Positions 1-9,143 of a stretch of 54,693 nucleotides of DNA are shown one piece after another. The position numbers were made by a program, and so were the translations under genes. The first letter of the stretch is position 1. The number at the start of each line of letters is the position of its first letter. This DNA comes from an uncultured Candidatus Saccharibacteria bacterium (GTDB lineage Bacteria > Patescibacteriota > Saccharimonadia > Saccharimonadales > JACDBH01), in the NCBI GenBank assembly GCA_964641015.1, contig CAZXJN010000005.1:1-54693 (forward strand), in the 5' to 3' direction. The notes beneath the pieces are model-generated. The model was not told the origin of the DNA, did no database searches, and was given only the letters and a program-made list of their open reading frames with translations.

Positions 1-1
1 T

Positions 2-78
2 TGGTCGGGGATAGAGGACTCGAACCTCCGACCTCGCGGTCCCAAACCGCGCGCGCTAGCCAACTGCGCCAATCCCCG
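2..78 (-). tRNA. tRNA-Pro(GGG)
   Basis: Reverse complement CGGGGAT...TT-GGG-AC anticodon loop...GGTTCGAGTCC...ATCCCCGA-CCA folds as a 77-nt cloverleaf with encoded CCA. Confidence 0.96.
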
Positions 79-282
79 TTCATCAACGTGTAAGCATCCG
101 TTTGCTCTCAAAATCCCAAGCAGTCTCTATGGCGACTTAGTTTGGAATCTTGGTTTTAAAACAACGATAGCTAGGCTATTATACCGAAAAATAACAGATA
201 CAGCAATGATATTTCAACAGGCGCTTCAAGCTGCACAGAAAAACTGGCATATTTTGACTAATTATGATAAAATTATCTAATA

Positions 283-441
283 ATGAAGTACCTATCAATA
301 TTTTTCACCATCCTATTCGTCTGGGTAGCGGTACTGTTGATGGCCCTGACCCGTGATAATACCACAGAAATTTTTCAGTTATACCTGGCGGTGATGGTGA
401 GCACTGTAGTACTGTTTTTGATTGGTTTTGCAAAAAAGTAG
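283..441 (+). CDS. 52-aa two-TM small membrane protein (not in ORF track)
   Basis: ATG283..TAG441 encodes MKYLSIFFTILFVWVAVLLMALTRDNTTEIFQLYLAVMVSTVVLFLIGFAKK; two hydrophobic helices; ends 7 nt before the kinase start; resembles 2025..2213. Confidence 0.7.
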   Translation: MKYLSIFFTILFVWVAVLLMALTRDNTTEIFQLYLAVMVSTVVLFLIGFAKK

Positions 442-448
442 GCGGTAA

Positions 449-2032
449 ATGACCCGAGCAAGCCGACAAAAAACAATCGCAAGCATAAAACGCACTCGGA
501 CCAAGCGCTTGGCTGGACTCATTACCAAATCTTATTTTCTCTACCGCCGAGGTAAAGAAGAGGAGATGTACAACCTCATCTGCGAGGAATTTATGTCGTT
601 TGGAGGCGTATATGTAAAGTTTCTCCAGGGCGTATTGCTGCGATCCCAGGTGATGCGCAAATGGCATAATCCCGAAAAGCTCAGAATCTTCGAAGACCTC
701 GACCACGAGCCCATCAATATATCTGCCCTGCTGCAGCATGAGCTGCCAAAGGATAAATTACAGCATATCGCACTTATCCAGCCGGAACCTTTTGCAGCCG
801 GGAGCTTTGGCCAGGTGTACTATGCACAGCTGCAGAACGGTCAGCCGGTGGTCGTCAAGGTACTGCGCCCAATGGTACGTGAACTGCTCAAGCATGATAT
901 AAAACTGCTTGTCCGGTTCTCTAAAACATTCTTTGCAAAGCTTTACAAAAATATGAACGTCGACCTGAACGATGCGCTCAAAGACTTTACCAATGCCACC
1001 TTGCGCGAAACAGATTACCGGCAAGAGGCTGATTTTGCCAATCAAATGTATCAGCGCTACAAGGATCATCCGACAATTTTTGTACCGCAAACATACCTCG
1101 AGCTATGTACCGACAATATTATCGTACAAGATTATGTCGACGGCACCTCACTGGCGCACGTCGTTAAGCTGCACAGTCAGGGTGTCGACCCGGTGCAATA
1201 CGTGCAAGACACACTGGGCACAGACCTCGTACACGTACTCCGCAGCTTTGGCTATGAATCGCTAATCGGTATCTTTGAAATGCCGCGCATCCAGGGCGAT
1301 CCGCATCCAGGCAATATTCGTGTGATGAAAGACAATCGTATCGGGCTGATTGACTTTGGGATTAGTGCAGCTGCTCCTGCTGACAAACATGGCCTCTATG
1401 GCCTACTCGATAGCTACGACAAAATGATGCAGGGCTCCCAATCAGCAATTGATATGTTTGAATACGGGCTGAAATTTTTTGTCAGCGACCTCTACCGTGC
1501 ACTACGAAAAGTCAGCGAATATCTCAGCCGCGGTGAAGACAAAGATTACGTCAATGAAGTCAGTAAAGTGGCAGGCAAAATATTCTCAGATGCAACAGGC
1601 AGCGACATCATCAATTTGGATGCAAAGAGCGACAGCAACATACTGGTCGTTATCAACAAAATGATGAATAAAGGCAATCGCTTTGGCCTGGTAATGAAGC
1701 TCGAAGCCACCGATATGCTGCGCGCTATTCAGACCTATACCACGCTACTGAGCAGCCTAGGCCTGTACTCTGAAGTAATGCCCCACACCCTCAAGCAAGC
1801 AAACGAGTATGTGCGTAAAAACTTCCCCGATGTAGTGACAGACCATAGTGAATCGGTTGATATTGCCTCTGCGGTAGAAACGATTGCCAACTGGCTAGAG
1901 CGTGTGGCCGACCGTGACCCCGCACTATTCCGTCAGCTTGCCGAAAAAATTCGTATGCAGCCCGATAAGACAGCTGTTACTAGTGAGGAAATTACGATAA
2001 AATCAGAAGAAGGAGAAAAGGTCCATGCTTAG
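449..2032 (+). CDS. ABC1/UbiB (AarF)-family atypical protein kinase-like protein
   Basis: Motifs GGVYVKFLQ, PFAAGSFGQVY, VVVKVLRP, ETDYRQEA, GDPHPGN, LIDFG. Confidence 0.88.
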   Translation: MTRASRQKTIASIKRTRTKRLAGLITKSYFLYRRGKEEEMYNLICEEFMSFGGVYVKFLQGVLLRSQVMRKWHNPEKLRIFEDLDHEPINISALLQHELPKDKLQHIALIQPEPFAAGSFGQVYYAQLQNGQPVVVKVLRPMVRELLKHDIKLLVRFSKTFFAKLYKNMNVDLNDALKDFTNATLRETDYRQEADFANQMYQRYKDHPTIFVPQTYLELCTDNIIVQDYVDGTSLAHVVKLHSQGVDPVQYVQDTLGTDLVHVLRSFGYESLIGIFEMPRIQGDPHPGNIRVMKDNRIGLIDFGISAAAPADKHGLYGLLDSYDKMMQGSQSAIDMFEYGLKFFVSDLYRALRKVSEYLSRGEDKDYVNEVSKVAGKIFSDATGSDIINLDAKSDSNILVVINKMMNKGNRFGLVMKLEATDMLRAIQTYTTLLSSLGLYSEVMPHTLKQANEYVRKNFPDVVTDHSESVDIASAVETIANWLERVADRDPALFRQLAEKIRMQPDKTAVTSEEITIKSEEGEKVHA

Positions 2033-2213
2033 GGAATTCGTACTATTTATCAAATATCCTTACACCGCAGGTGTAATAGGAATCATCTGGCTCGGCAGCG
2101 CCGCTCTGCTTGCGATTGACAAGGAGCTTTCGCTGGTTAATATTGTTATTTTCAACATGCTGGCCAGCGTTATTATTGCCGGGTTTGGCTTCCGCGGCAA
2201 AAGCGAGCTGTAG
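2025..2213 (+). CDS. 62-aa two-TM small membrane protein
   Basis: Overlaps the kinase stop; two hydrophobic helices; C-terminal M-x3-V-x5-GF as in 283..441. Confidence 0.7.
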   Translation: MLREFVLFIKYPYTAGVIGIIWLGSAALLAIDKELSLVNIVIFNMLASVIIAGFGFRGKSEL

Positions 2214-2311
2214 CGCGCACCTTTTTTGAGCCCATCACTGCCAAGCAGTCTCCTTTCGGCCAAGGGCAATCTACCCCTTAGCCAAGGCTTTCATCAACTT
2301 GTATTTTTCTA

Positions 2312-2340
2312 ATCTGTAAAAGGCCTGGCCTTTTACAGAT
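2312..2340. terminator. Bidirectional hairpin terminator between convergent operons
   Basis: ATCTGTAAAAGGC-ctg-GCCTTTTACAGAT, 13-bp perfect inverted repeat. Confidence 0.7.
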
Positions 2341-2389
2341 AGAGAATTTGCAAATTTTATAATTACCACCCTCAAAAGAGGTGCGTGCG

Positions 2390-2962
2390 CTAAAGCTTGC
2401 CGCCAAGGCGGAATGCTTCAAAGGCTAGTTTCAGGGCCATTTTGGCGTCTTCGAGTGGGTGGTGGATTTTATGCCCAAAATCTTCGTCCAGAAGCTTCTT
2501 TAGCGCCCGCCTGCTTGACCCTGCACCATGCTCGGTCATAATCATGATCGACGAAAGTTCTAGCAATGGGAAAGGGTGCTGCCAATAACGCTCCTCTATA
2601 TTTGCATCCTGGCAATCCAGCAAGAATCTATACTCAACGGGGTAGCCATTGTTAACAAGAACATAGTCTGCATCTTGCTCGGCCTCTACATACCAAGCCC
2701 AGAACGCCTCCCGTAGCTCCTCGTAATTATTATGAGTAATCGGCATGTCGGCTATAGCTGGCAGGACATTATTTTTTACCCATTCATCAGTTTTTTCAGT
2801 CAGTCGGGCCCGGGCAGTAAATTCATTTAGTATATTACCCTCAGCATCCATAACAGCCGCTCCAATAGCAAAAGCCTTGCCATGCAGCCCGTTTGTCTCT
2901 AGGTCAAAACTAAGCAGTTTTGTCTGCCTGGTGATATTCGGTGTTTTAGCAGGCTTGCTCAC
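2390..2962 (-). CDS. DEDD/DnaQ-like 3'-5' exonuclease family protein
   Basis: ExoI motif SFDLETNG; ExoIII-like HHPLEDA. Confidence 0.75.
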   Translation of the reverse strand: MSKPAKTPNITRQTKLLSFDLETNGLHGKAFAIGAAVMDAEGNILNEFTARARLTEKTDEWVKNNVLPAIADMPITHNNYEELREAFWAWYVEAEQDADYVLVNNGYPVEYRFLLDCQDANIEERYWQHPFPLLELSSIMIMTEHGAGSSRRALKKLLDEDFGHKIHHPLEDAKMALKLAFEAFRLGGKL

Positions 2963-3546
2963 TTACGCCTCTCTTCCAACCACTTTGGAGCTGGGCCAAA
3001 TACAATTGGGGTTGTTGATATCTCCGTGCGGGTCACGTCAAAATACTTCTGGTATATTCCATCCGCACTATCAAAGACCGCTTCAGAGAAATCAAATCCA
3101 AGTGCCTCTGAAACTCTTTTAACCGATTCTTCACTATCCCCCTCAACCTCTACAACGGGCGGAATCCACGGCCATTCATCAAGCATAATTTCGCAGCCGT
3201 CAAATTCCCATATCTCCCTTTTCGTTTCTTGACTAGCTTTCTCCGTCAGCCCGATTGCTTCTAGCAGATTACACGCCTCATCATAGTTAGAGACTTCAAT
3301 CTCAATCTCTTTCATACCGTCTATACTCTCTGACTGACGCTGCTTAAAACTCATAGTGGTCTTATCCGCTTCTTTACGCACACGGACCCACGCAGCTTTC
3401 TTATCAAGCCTAAGGTCATCATAATCATAGACCTTGCGCTTCAATGTAGTTTGCGGCGTGGCACAAACAGCGCCCAAAGCCTCTAGTTTCTTACGAACAT
3501 TTTCGTGGTCAACATCTAAAAATGTAGCTTCGATTTCAGTGTTCAT
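2959..3546 (-). CDS. CYTH-domain protein (class IV adenylate cyclase/triphosphatase tunnel fold)
   Basis: N-terminal EIEATF, WVRVR, EIEIEV, QETKREIW, LDEWPW..EVEG. Confidence 0.85.
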   Translation of the reverse strand: MNTEIEATFLDVDHENVRKKLEALGAVCATPQTTLKRKVYDYDDLRLDKKAAWVRVRKEADKTTMSFKQRQSESIDGMKEIEIEVSNYDEACNLLEAIGLTEKASQETKREIWEFDGCEIMLDEWPWIPPVVEVEGDSEESVKRVSEALGFDFSEAVFDSADGIYQKYFDVTRTEISTTPIVFGPAPKWLEERRK

Positions 3547-3866
3547 TATTTTTTCTTAAACCTGTCCTTGTCCCGGACGAGCAATTTATCTATGGCTCTT
3601 TGCATGCCGCGATCCAGGTCAACGCCCTCCTGGTTTGCCAAACAGATTACAGTCCAGAGCACGTCGGCTAATTCGTCTTCTAGGTCATCTTCAGTTTCAG
3701 TAGGTTTCTTTGGCTTATCGCCGTATTTATGATTGACGATACGAGCGACTTCTCCGACCTCTTCAACAAGTCTTGCAACATTTGAAAGCGGCTCCCAATA
3801 AGGCTTCTCGTAGTCCTGCAGGATATCATCAATTTTTTTCTGAATATCGCCCAGCGTGTCGGCCAT
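3546..3866 (-). CDS. MazG-like nucleotide pyrophosphohydrolase (YpjD-like)
   Basis: LVEEVGEVAR and DELADVLW motifs in a 106-aa all-alpha protein. Confidence 0.88.
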   Translation of the reverse strand: MADTLGDIQKKIDDILQDYEKPYWEPLSNVARLVEEVGEVARIVNHKYGDKPKKPTETEDDLEDELADVLWTVICLANQEGVDLDRGMQRAIDKLLVRDKDRFKKK

Positions 3867-3874
3867 GATTTATC

Positions 3875-5386
3875 CTACTTGGCGAATTCTATGGCGCGGG
3901 TTTCGCGGATGACGTTTACCTTGATGGTGCCTGGATACTGCATGGTTGATTCAATCTTGGTTGCAATATCGCGGGCTAGCTTAATGGCGGTTAGATCGTC
4001 CACAGCCTGCGGCTTTACGAACACGCGGACTTCGCGTCCAGCACTGATTGCATAAGCTTTGTCGATACCCTTAAATCCTAACGCGGTGTTCTCTAGATCA
4101 CGCATGCGCTCGCCAAAGTTTTCGGCGCTAATATTACGGGCGCCTGGGCGGGCGGCGCTGATTGCATCCACTACACGGACAATGAGTGCTTCGACAGTAG
4201 TCGCCTCAACATCGTCGTGATGCTGCTCTGCGGCCAGGGCAACTTCCTCAGGCGCGCCATATTTGCGCAGCATTTCGCCGCTAATATGGTGGTGCTTGCC
4301 TTCCATTTTGTGGGTCAATGCCTTGCCCAAATCATGCACAAGCGCCGCGTACTTGGCGGTCTTTACATTGGCGCCAATCTGCTCGGCGATCAGGCCGGCA
4401 ATGTGCGCCATTTCGGTCGAGTGCTTGAGTACGTTCTGACCATAGCTGGTGCGGTACTTGAGCTCTCCAAGCAGCTGCATGATTTCCTTTGGTATGCCAA
4501 TAACACCGACTTCACGGGCGGCGTCTTCTGCCGCATGCATGACGTCCTTTTGAACCTGCTTCTGAGCTTTTTCGACGACTTCTTCAATACGGCCAGGGTG
4601 GACACGTCCGTCCTTGAGCAGCATTTCAAGTGCAATACGAGCCACCTCGCGGCGCACAGGATCAAAGCTGCTCAGAATAATCATGCCAGGCGTATCATCA
4701 ACCATGATGTCAACGCCGGTCGCACGTTGCAACGCCTGAATATTCCGGCCTTCTTTACCGATAATCCGGCCCTTCATTTCTTCGTCTTCAAGCTTGACTG
4801 CAGTGACGGTGCGCTCAGCAGTAACCTCGCTGGCCATGCGCTCCATAGCAGTAGTAATAATGAGTGCTGCTTTCTCTTCGGCCTGTTCCTTGGCCTCGTT
4901 CTGCAGCTTGTTAACGAGCCCGATGAGATCATTCCTGATATCTCGCTCAGTCATCTGCATGAGTTTTTCTGTAGCTTCAGCTTTTGACAGCTTGGCAACT
5001 TTTTCAAGCTTCTCCTGCTGCTTGGCACGGATAGCACGGATCTCATCCTTGAGAGCCTCTACCTCATCCTCACTTTTGCGCAAAGTCTCAGCACGCTTGT
5101 CAATTGTATCGAGCTTCTTATCAAGCGACTCTTCGCGGTCACGCAGTCTTAGCTCTATCTCTTTAACTTCTTTGCGGCGCTGCTGTTCGTCCTTGCGCGC
5201 CTTTTCAGCTATTTCCGCGGCCTCATCTCGCGCTTTTTTAAGCTCGGCTTCGGCCTCTTTCCTGGCCTTTCTCAGCGCCTTTTCGGCCTCAGCCTCTACC
5301 GACCCAAGTTTTTTCTTGGTTATGAAAGTGCTGGCCCCAAAACCAGCACCAATGCCAACCACTCCTAGTAAGATGGCTAGTAGCAT
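3875..5386 (-). CDS. rny: Ribonuclease Y
   Basis: N-terminal TM, coiled coil, KH motif MKGRIIGKEGRNI, HD motif VHDLGK, C-terminus YPGTIKVNVIRE; SD AGGAG. Confidence 0.97.
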   Translation of the reverse strand: MLLAILLGVVGIGAGFGASTFITKKKLGSVEAEAEKALRKARKEAEAELKKARDEAAEIAEKARKDEQQRRKEVKEIELRLRDREESLDKKLDTIDKRAETLRKSEDEVEALKDEIRAIRAKQQEKLEKVAKLSKAEATEKLMQMTERDIRNDLIGLVNKLQNEAKEQAEEKAALIITTAMERMASEVTAERTVTAVKLEDEEMKGRIIGKEGRNIQALQRATGVDIMVDDTPGMIILSSFDPVRREVARIALEMLLKDGRVHPGRIEEVVEKAQKQVQKDVMHAAEDAAREVGVIGIPKEIMQLLGELKYRTSYGQNVLKHSTEMAHIAGLIAEQIGANVKTAKYAALVHDLGKALTHKMEGKHHHISGEMLRKYGAPEEVALAAEQHHDDVEATTVEALIVRVVDAISAARPGARNISAENFGERMRDLENTALGFKGIDKAYAISAGREVRVFVKPQAVDDLTAIKLARDIATKIESTMQYPGTIKVNVIRETRAIEFAK

Positions 5387-5583
5387 AGTAGTCTCCTTCT
5401 CTTGCTGCTCACCGAACCGCCTCTGGCATCACTTTCACTTCATTAGCCTCTGGCAGAAGCTCGGTAAGAATTCAAAAATAATAAAAAATCTTTAAAACAT
5501 TATAGGACATTCCCAAAACTCGAATAATCCTACACTCTAGAATAGCATTTTTTTGCTACATACACCTAGGTGTTTTTTTAACT

Positions 5584-5976
5584 TCAGTTCTTTGGCTGAG
5601 TAATATGCACGGGTGCGCCGTACGCAGGGGTAATACCTATATCATTTTGGTCAGATTGCAGCGCCCGAATACCCCTTTGCAGCCACTGGTCCTCGCCCTC
5701 AATGCCCACAATTGGAACCTGCAAGCTATACGCGAGCGCATTAGCCACGCTCAGTCCAATACGAAGCCCCGTAAAACTGCCAGGACCTTTGTAGCACACA
5801 ATTCCGGTGATATCAGCCAGTGTTTTATTCTGGGCTTTTAGCATTTGGTTGATTTTGGCATGAATAGTCTCTGCCAGCTGACGATGCGCCTGCCATACTT
5901 CATACGCAACTTGAGACTCATGTTCATATAAACCGATTTCTGATTCTGGCTTATCCGTGCGAAGGCTCAATATCAC
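5584..5976 (-). CDS. tsaB: t6A37 biosynthesis protein TsaB (short, N-terminal domain only)
   Basis: GPGSFTGLRIG motif; adjacent to tsaE. Confidence 0.9.
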   Translation of the reverse strand: MILSLRTDKPESEIGLYEHESQVAYEVWQAHRQLAETIHAKINQMLKAQNKTLADITGIVCYKGPGSFTGLRIGLSVANALAYSLQVPIVGIEGEDQWLQRGIRALQSDQNDIGITPAYGAPVHITQPKN

Positions 5977-6440
5977 CGCGAAACCCCCTCTACCAGGTAC
6001 TGCAGCGGTTTGGGGTAGGAGATATGAAGCACCCGATAATCTTCGCCGGATTGCACACGACTCAACTGAACGGTGACCCGTTGCTCTGGCAGCACATCAC
6101 TGATAACATCACCCCACTCAACTACCACGACCGCCTTAGGATCAGTCATAACTTCTGCAAGCTCGTGGGCGACCATACCGCCCTCACTCAGACGGTAAAA
6201 ATCAAAATGGTGCATTTCGATACCATCCCGGCCCTGATACACTTGGCCGACCGTAAAAGTCGGACTTGTTACTGTGTCATTGCTGCCAAGTCCCTTTGCC
6301 AGACCTTTGGCAAATGTAGTTTTGCCTCCGCCTAAATCACTAGACAATAGAAAAAATTCGCCGCCCCTACACCGTCTCCCGAAGCGCTCGCCTATGGCGA
6401 AGGTATCGTCGGAACTGGAAGACTCTATTTGCAATGTCAT
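5973..6440 (-). CDS. tsaE: t6A37 biosynthesis ATPase TsaE (start at 6440, 6452 or 6461)
   Basis: SDLGGGKTTF, VTSPTF, HFDFYRL, VVEW motifs. Confidence 0.93.
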   Translation of the reverse strand: MTLQIESSSSDDTFAIGERFGRRCRGGEFFLLSSDLGGGKTTFAKGLAKGLGSNDTVTSPTFTVGQVYQGRDGIEMHHFDFYRLSEGGMVAHELAEVMTDPKAVVVVEWGDVISDVLPEQRVTVQLSRVQSGEDYRVLHISYPKPLQYLVEGVSR

Positions 6441-7722
6441 GCCGGTACTCATATAGGGCATATCCTACCGCGGCTGCACCCACCGCCGCAAGTACTGACG
6501 GGTGCAGAGGCGCTACATCATCAAGCGTCTGCGCACCCCCGGCTGTTTCGCCGCCACTCGATTCGCTGCCATTTGGAGTAATACCCAGCACTGCTGCAGT
6601 TGATTTTGACTTAGCATCGGCTGCTACCACGGGACTCATTGCATTCATTTCGTTCGGGGTTGGCCTTGTGGTCCACTGCCACCTGCCGTTATCAAGCGCC
6701 CATGCCTGGCCGTCCTTGGCCTTTTGGTACGGATCACTTTGCCCGATCACTTTCTCATTTGGGTCCAGCAGCCACACCTGTGCTTCGGCATTTGACAGGC
6801 TTATGCTGGTGTCCCCAGAAGTAAAAGCCTTGAATTCTTTGGGCTGCAGCACGGTTCCTTCTGGAAAAGTATACTTCCGCGGTTTGGTACTACCGAACGC
6901 GAGTTTAAACCCGCTCAGATCAAATATGCTGTCATTCGGATTATAAAGTTCTATAAACTCATCATCTGCATCTGTCTGCGGACTGGCAGGGTTTGGCAGT
7001 AATTCATTCACCACCGGCGCCATTTTGCCCGCATTGCGATTAATCTTGCCCACGACTGTAGCAGCCGTTACATAGCGCACGGGCGGCAAAGTGCTCGGCA
7101 GGAACACAAATGCTTCATCTATTACATCCTCGTCTGCGATAATATCTTGCTCATACTGGCAGGAGTCAGTAGTACTCGGCCGATTGCTCTCCCATTGATC
7201 GTTTTTTCGTTGTAGAAACCCAAGCGCATCTGTCGGCAGCTCCTGCACATGAGGGTGCGATGTTTTAGACCGCGACCACGCCACGCTATCCAGCACTGTG
7301 CTGACAAACTGCCCGCCAATTTCGGTTTGTTGCAGATACAGCAGCTGTACCATGCCGTTTGTCGAGCTAAACCCCAGTGACGCCGATGCTACTACTGTTT
7401 GGTAGCACAGCAGCAGCGCGCTGTCATTCACCAAATAATACGAGTCGGGCTCCAGTACGCCAGACAATGTCACGAGCTTGCTGCTCGTAGCCTTGGACAG
7501 ATCATAATGGTTATAGTAAGCAAGCTGCACGCGGCTCATGTCCACCTGCTTGTCACCGCTCTTGATTTCAAAATACTGCCCAGAGGTAGAGACTCTAAAC
7601 TTTGTAAACCGCAGCTTTACAGAATCATGCGCCGAGACCGCCCGCATCGGAAGCGCCGCACATAGGAGTGCGGCTATGACGACGAGCCCCACCACTCCAG
7701 ATTGGATGTGTCCTCGTTTCAT
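6367..7722 (-). CDS. Secreted lamin-tail-domain (LTD) protein with C-terminal membrane anchor
   Basis: Signal-peptide-like start MKRGHIQSGVVGLVV at 7722; LTD signature VVNELLPNP..DEFIELYNP...FDLSGF; C-terminal TM plus Arg-rich tail. Confidence 0.75.
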   Translation of the reverse strand: MKRGHIQSGVVGLVVIAALLCAALPMRAVSAHDSVKLRFTKFRVSTSGQYFEIKSGDKQVDMSRVQLAYYNHYDLSKATSSKLVTLSGVLEPDSYYLVNDSALLLCYQTVVASASLGFSSTNGMVQLLYLQQTEIGGQFVSTVLDSVAWSRSKTSHPHVQELPTDALGFLQRKNDQWESNRPSTTDSCQYEQDIIADEDVIDEAFVFLPSTLPPVRYVTAATVVGKINRNAGKMAPVVNELLPNPASPQTDADDEFIELYNPNDSIFDLSGFKLAFGSTKPRKYTFPEGTVLQPKEFKAFTSGDTSISLSNAEAQVWLLDPNEKVIGQSDPYQKAKDGQAWALDNGRWQWTTRPTPNEMNAMSPVVAADAKSKSTAAVLGITPNGSESSGGETAGGAQTLDDVAPLHPSVLAAVGAAAVGYALYEYRHDIANRVFQFRRYLRHRRALRETV

Positions 7723-7843
7723 ACCTTGAATCGTATTGTTATGCCTGATCTGCCTCGACGCAAGCATGAGCAAAACAAAATTATATTTTTTACAACATAG
7801 CTGACGGTTCGCGCCCTCATTGCAACCAGCGTATAATGAGAGC

Positions 7844-8386
7844 ATGCTAAAGCTTAGTAAACACATTCATAATCTTCCCGTGATGAGCCTGCGCACTGGC
7901 GGCCGCGTGGCAACTGCCCTGCAGCCGATTATCAATCCCCACAACCTGCAGATAGAAGGATGGCGCTGCGAAGACTCGTTCAGTAAAGATGAGCTGATTC
8001 TGCTCAAGCAAGATGTACGTGATTTTGTAGCAAAAGGTATTGCGGTGGATGACCATGATGTTCTTGCCGAAGCAAAAGACCTCGTGCGCCTCCAAGAGGT
8101 GCTAGAGTTAGGATTTGAACTCATGGGCAAACATGTTGTCACTCATCGCAGGCGAAAACTCGGCAAAGTCACCGATTATGCGCTAGATCCGCTAACTATG
8201 AAAATCCAGAAACTTTATGTCAGCCGCCCTGTCTACCGCAGCTTGACAGAGGGCCAGCTCATGATCGACCGCTCGCAGATCGTCGAAATCACCCCCTCAC
8301 GCGTCGTAGTGCGCGACACTGATGTTCTTGTGGAAGCTCCGGCCAGCCAGCCTCTCACTGCTGCACCCACCGAACAGGTCGCATAA
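7844..8386 (+). CDS. Conserved hypothetical protein, tandem PRC-barrel-like
   Basis: Two repeats resembling PRC barrels (LPVMSLRTGGRVA; GKHVVT..KLGKVTDY); TATAAT 6 nt before ATG7844. Confidence 0.6.
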   Translation: MLKLSKHIHNLPVMSLRTGGRVATALQPIINPHNLQIEGWRCEDSFSKDELILLKQDVRDFVAKGIAVDDHDVLAEAKDLVRLQEVLELGFELMGKHVVTHRRRKLGKVTDYALDPLTMKIQKLYVSRPVYRSLTEGQLMIDRSQIVEITPSRVVVRDTDVLVEAPASQPLTAAPTEQVA

Positions 8387-8401
8387 CGCATAAGAAAATC
8401 T

Positions 8402-8430
8402 TTGACAAATCATAAGTATTTTGCTATAAT
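8402..8430 (+). promoter_or_regulatory. Consensus sigma70 promoter facing the 3' end of recX (antisense)
   Basis: TTGACA(8402-8407)-17 nt-TATAAT(8425-8430) with extended -10 TG. Confidence 0.7.
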
Positions 8431-8493
8431 GTTAGTATCCCTTTGCTCCCTATGGTGCAAATTTTCTCTACTCTACCCCTGTTAATTAGATTT

Positions 8494-9093
8494 TTAGTCG
8501 AAGCTGCTAAGGACGGATTTGATATCGTCATAGCTAAAGCCTTGGCGGGCGAGGTATTGCATAAGTTTCTGTGGGTCTGATTTGTAGCGGGCGATTTTTT
8601 GTTTTTTAGAGGCAAGTTCACGTAGCCGCGCCAGCTCATCGCCGTCATCCTCTGTTGCCTCAGAAGCAACCTCCCTGGAGATCCCCTTTCGAGCAAGCTC
8701 TGCTTTGATCGCCCGCTCGCTCTTGCCGCCACGGCGGCGCACATCAATCAGCCACTCGGCAAACTTCTGCTCGTTCAAATATCCCCGCTCTAGAAATTCT
8801 GCCTGCAATCTTTCACTAAGGTTGGGGTCCGCTTTCTTACGGAACATATAGTCACGGAACTCCCGCAGGCTCCGCGGACGGCTCATCGCCCATTCAAGCG
8901 CTCGGCCGCGGAGCTTGCCGTCATCAGATATCTTCTTGAGCCGCTTGTACTCTACCTCATTAATCTCCTGCCCGATTTTGAGCTTTTCAGCCACCAGCTC
9001 ATTTAGACTCAAAGAAAACGAATACTTACCGTCCAAAAACACACTGGCTCGTTCTGGATTCTTCACTTGCTGCTTTATGGAGGTAATTTTCAT
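8494..9093 (-). CDS. recX: Recombination regulator RecX
   Basis: MKITSIKQQVKNPERASVFLDG; RPRS..E; GYLNEQKFAE; IKAELARKGI; KLMQYLARQGF; downstream of recA. Confidence 0.9.
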   Translation of the reverse strand: MKITSIKQQVKNPERASVFLDGKYSFSLSLNELVAEKLKIGQEINEVEYKRLKKISDDGKLRGRALEWAMSRPRSLREFRDYMFRKKADPNLSERLQAEFLERGYLNEQKFAEWLIDVRRRGGKSERAIKAELARKGISREVASEATEDDGDELARLRELASKKQKIARYKSDPQKLMQYLARQGFSYDDIKSVLSSFD

Positions 9094-9111
9094 ATTATGA
9101 AACATTTTTAC

Positions 9112-9134
9112 ATTTTCTGGGGTCAGAACCTAGA
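9112..9134. repeat. 23-bp intergenic repeat, copy 1
   Basis: ATTTTCTGGGGTCAGAACCTAGA, identical to 20532-20554. Confidence 0.85.
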
Positions 9135-9143
9135 CGGTGCATA

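Noticed and set aside
4217-5495. Long plus-strand ORFs opposite rny (similarly 30873-31457, 32741-33778, 42197-43540, 45721-46332, 51413-52072)
   Set aside because: Antisense shadows of conserved genes with low-complexity Ser/Ala-rich translations and no motifs.
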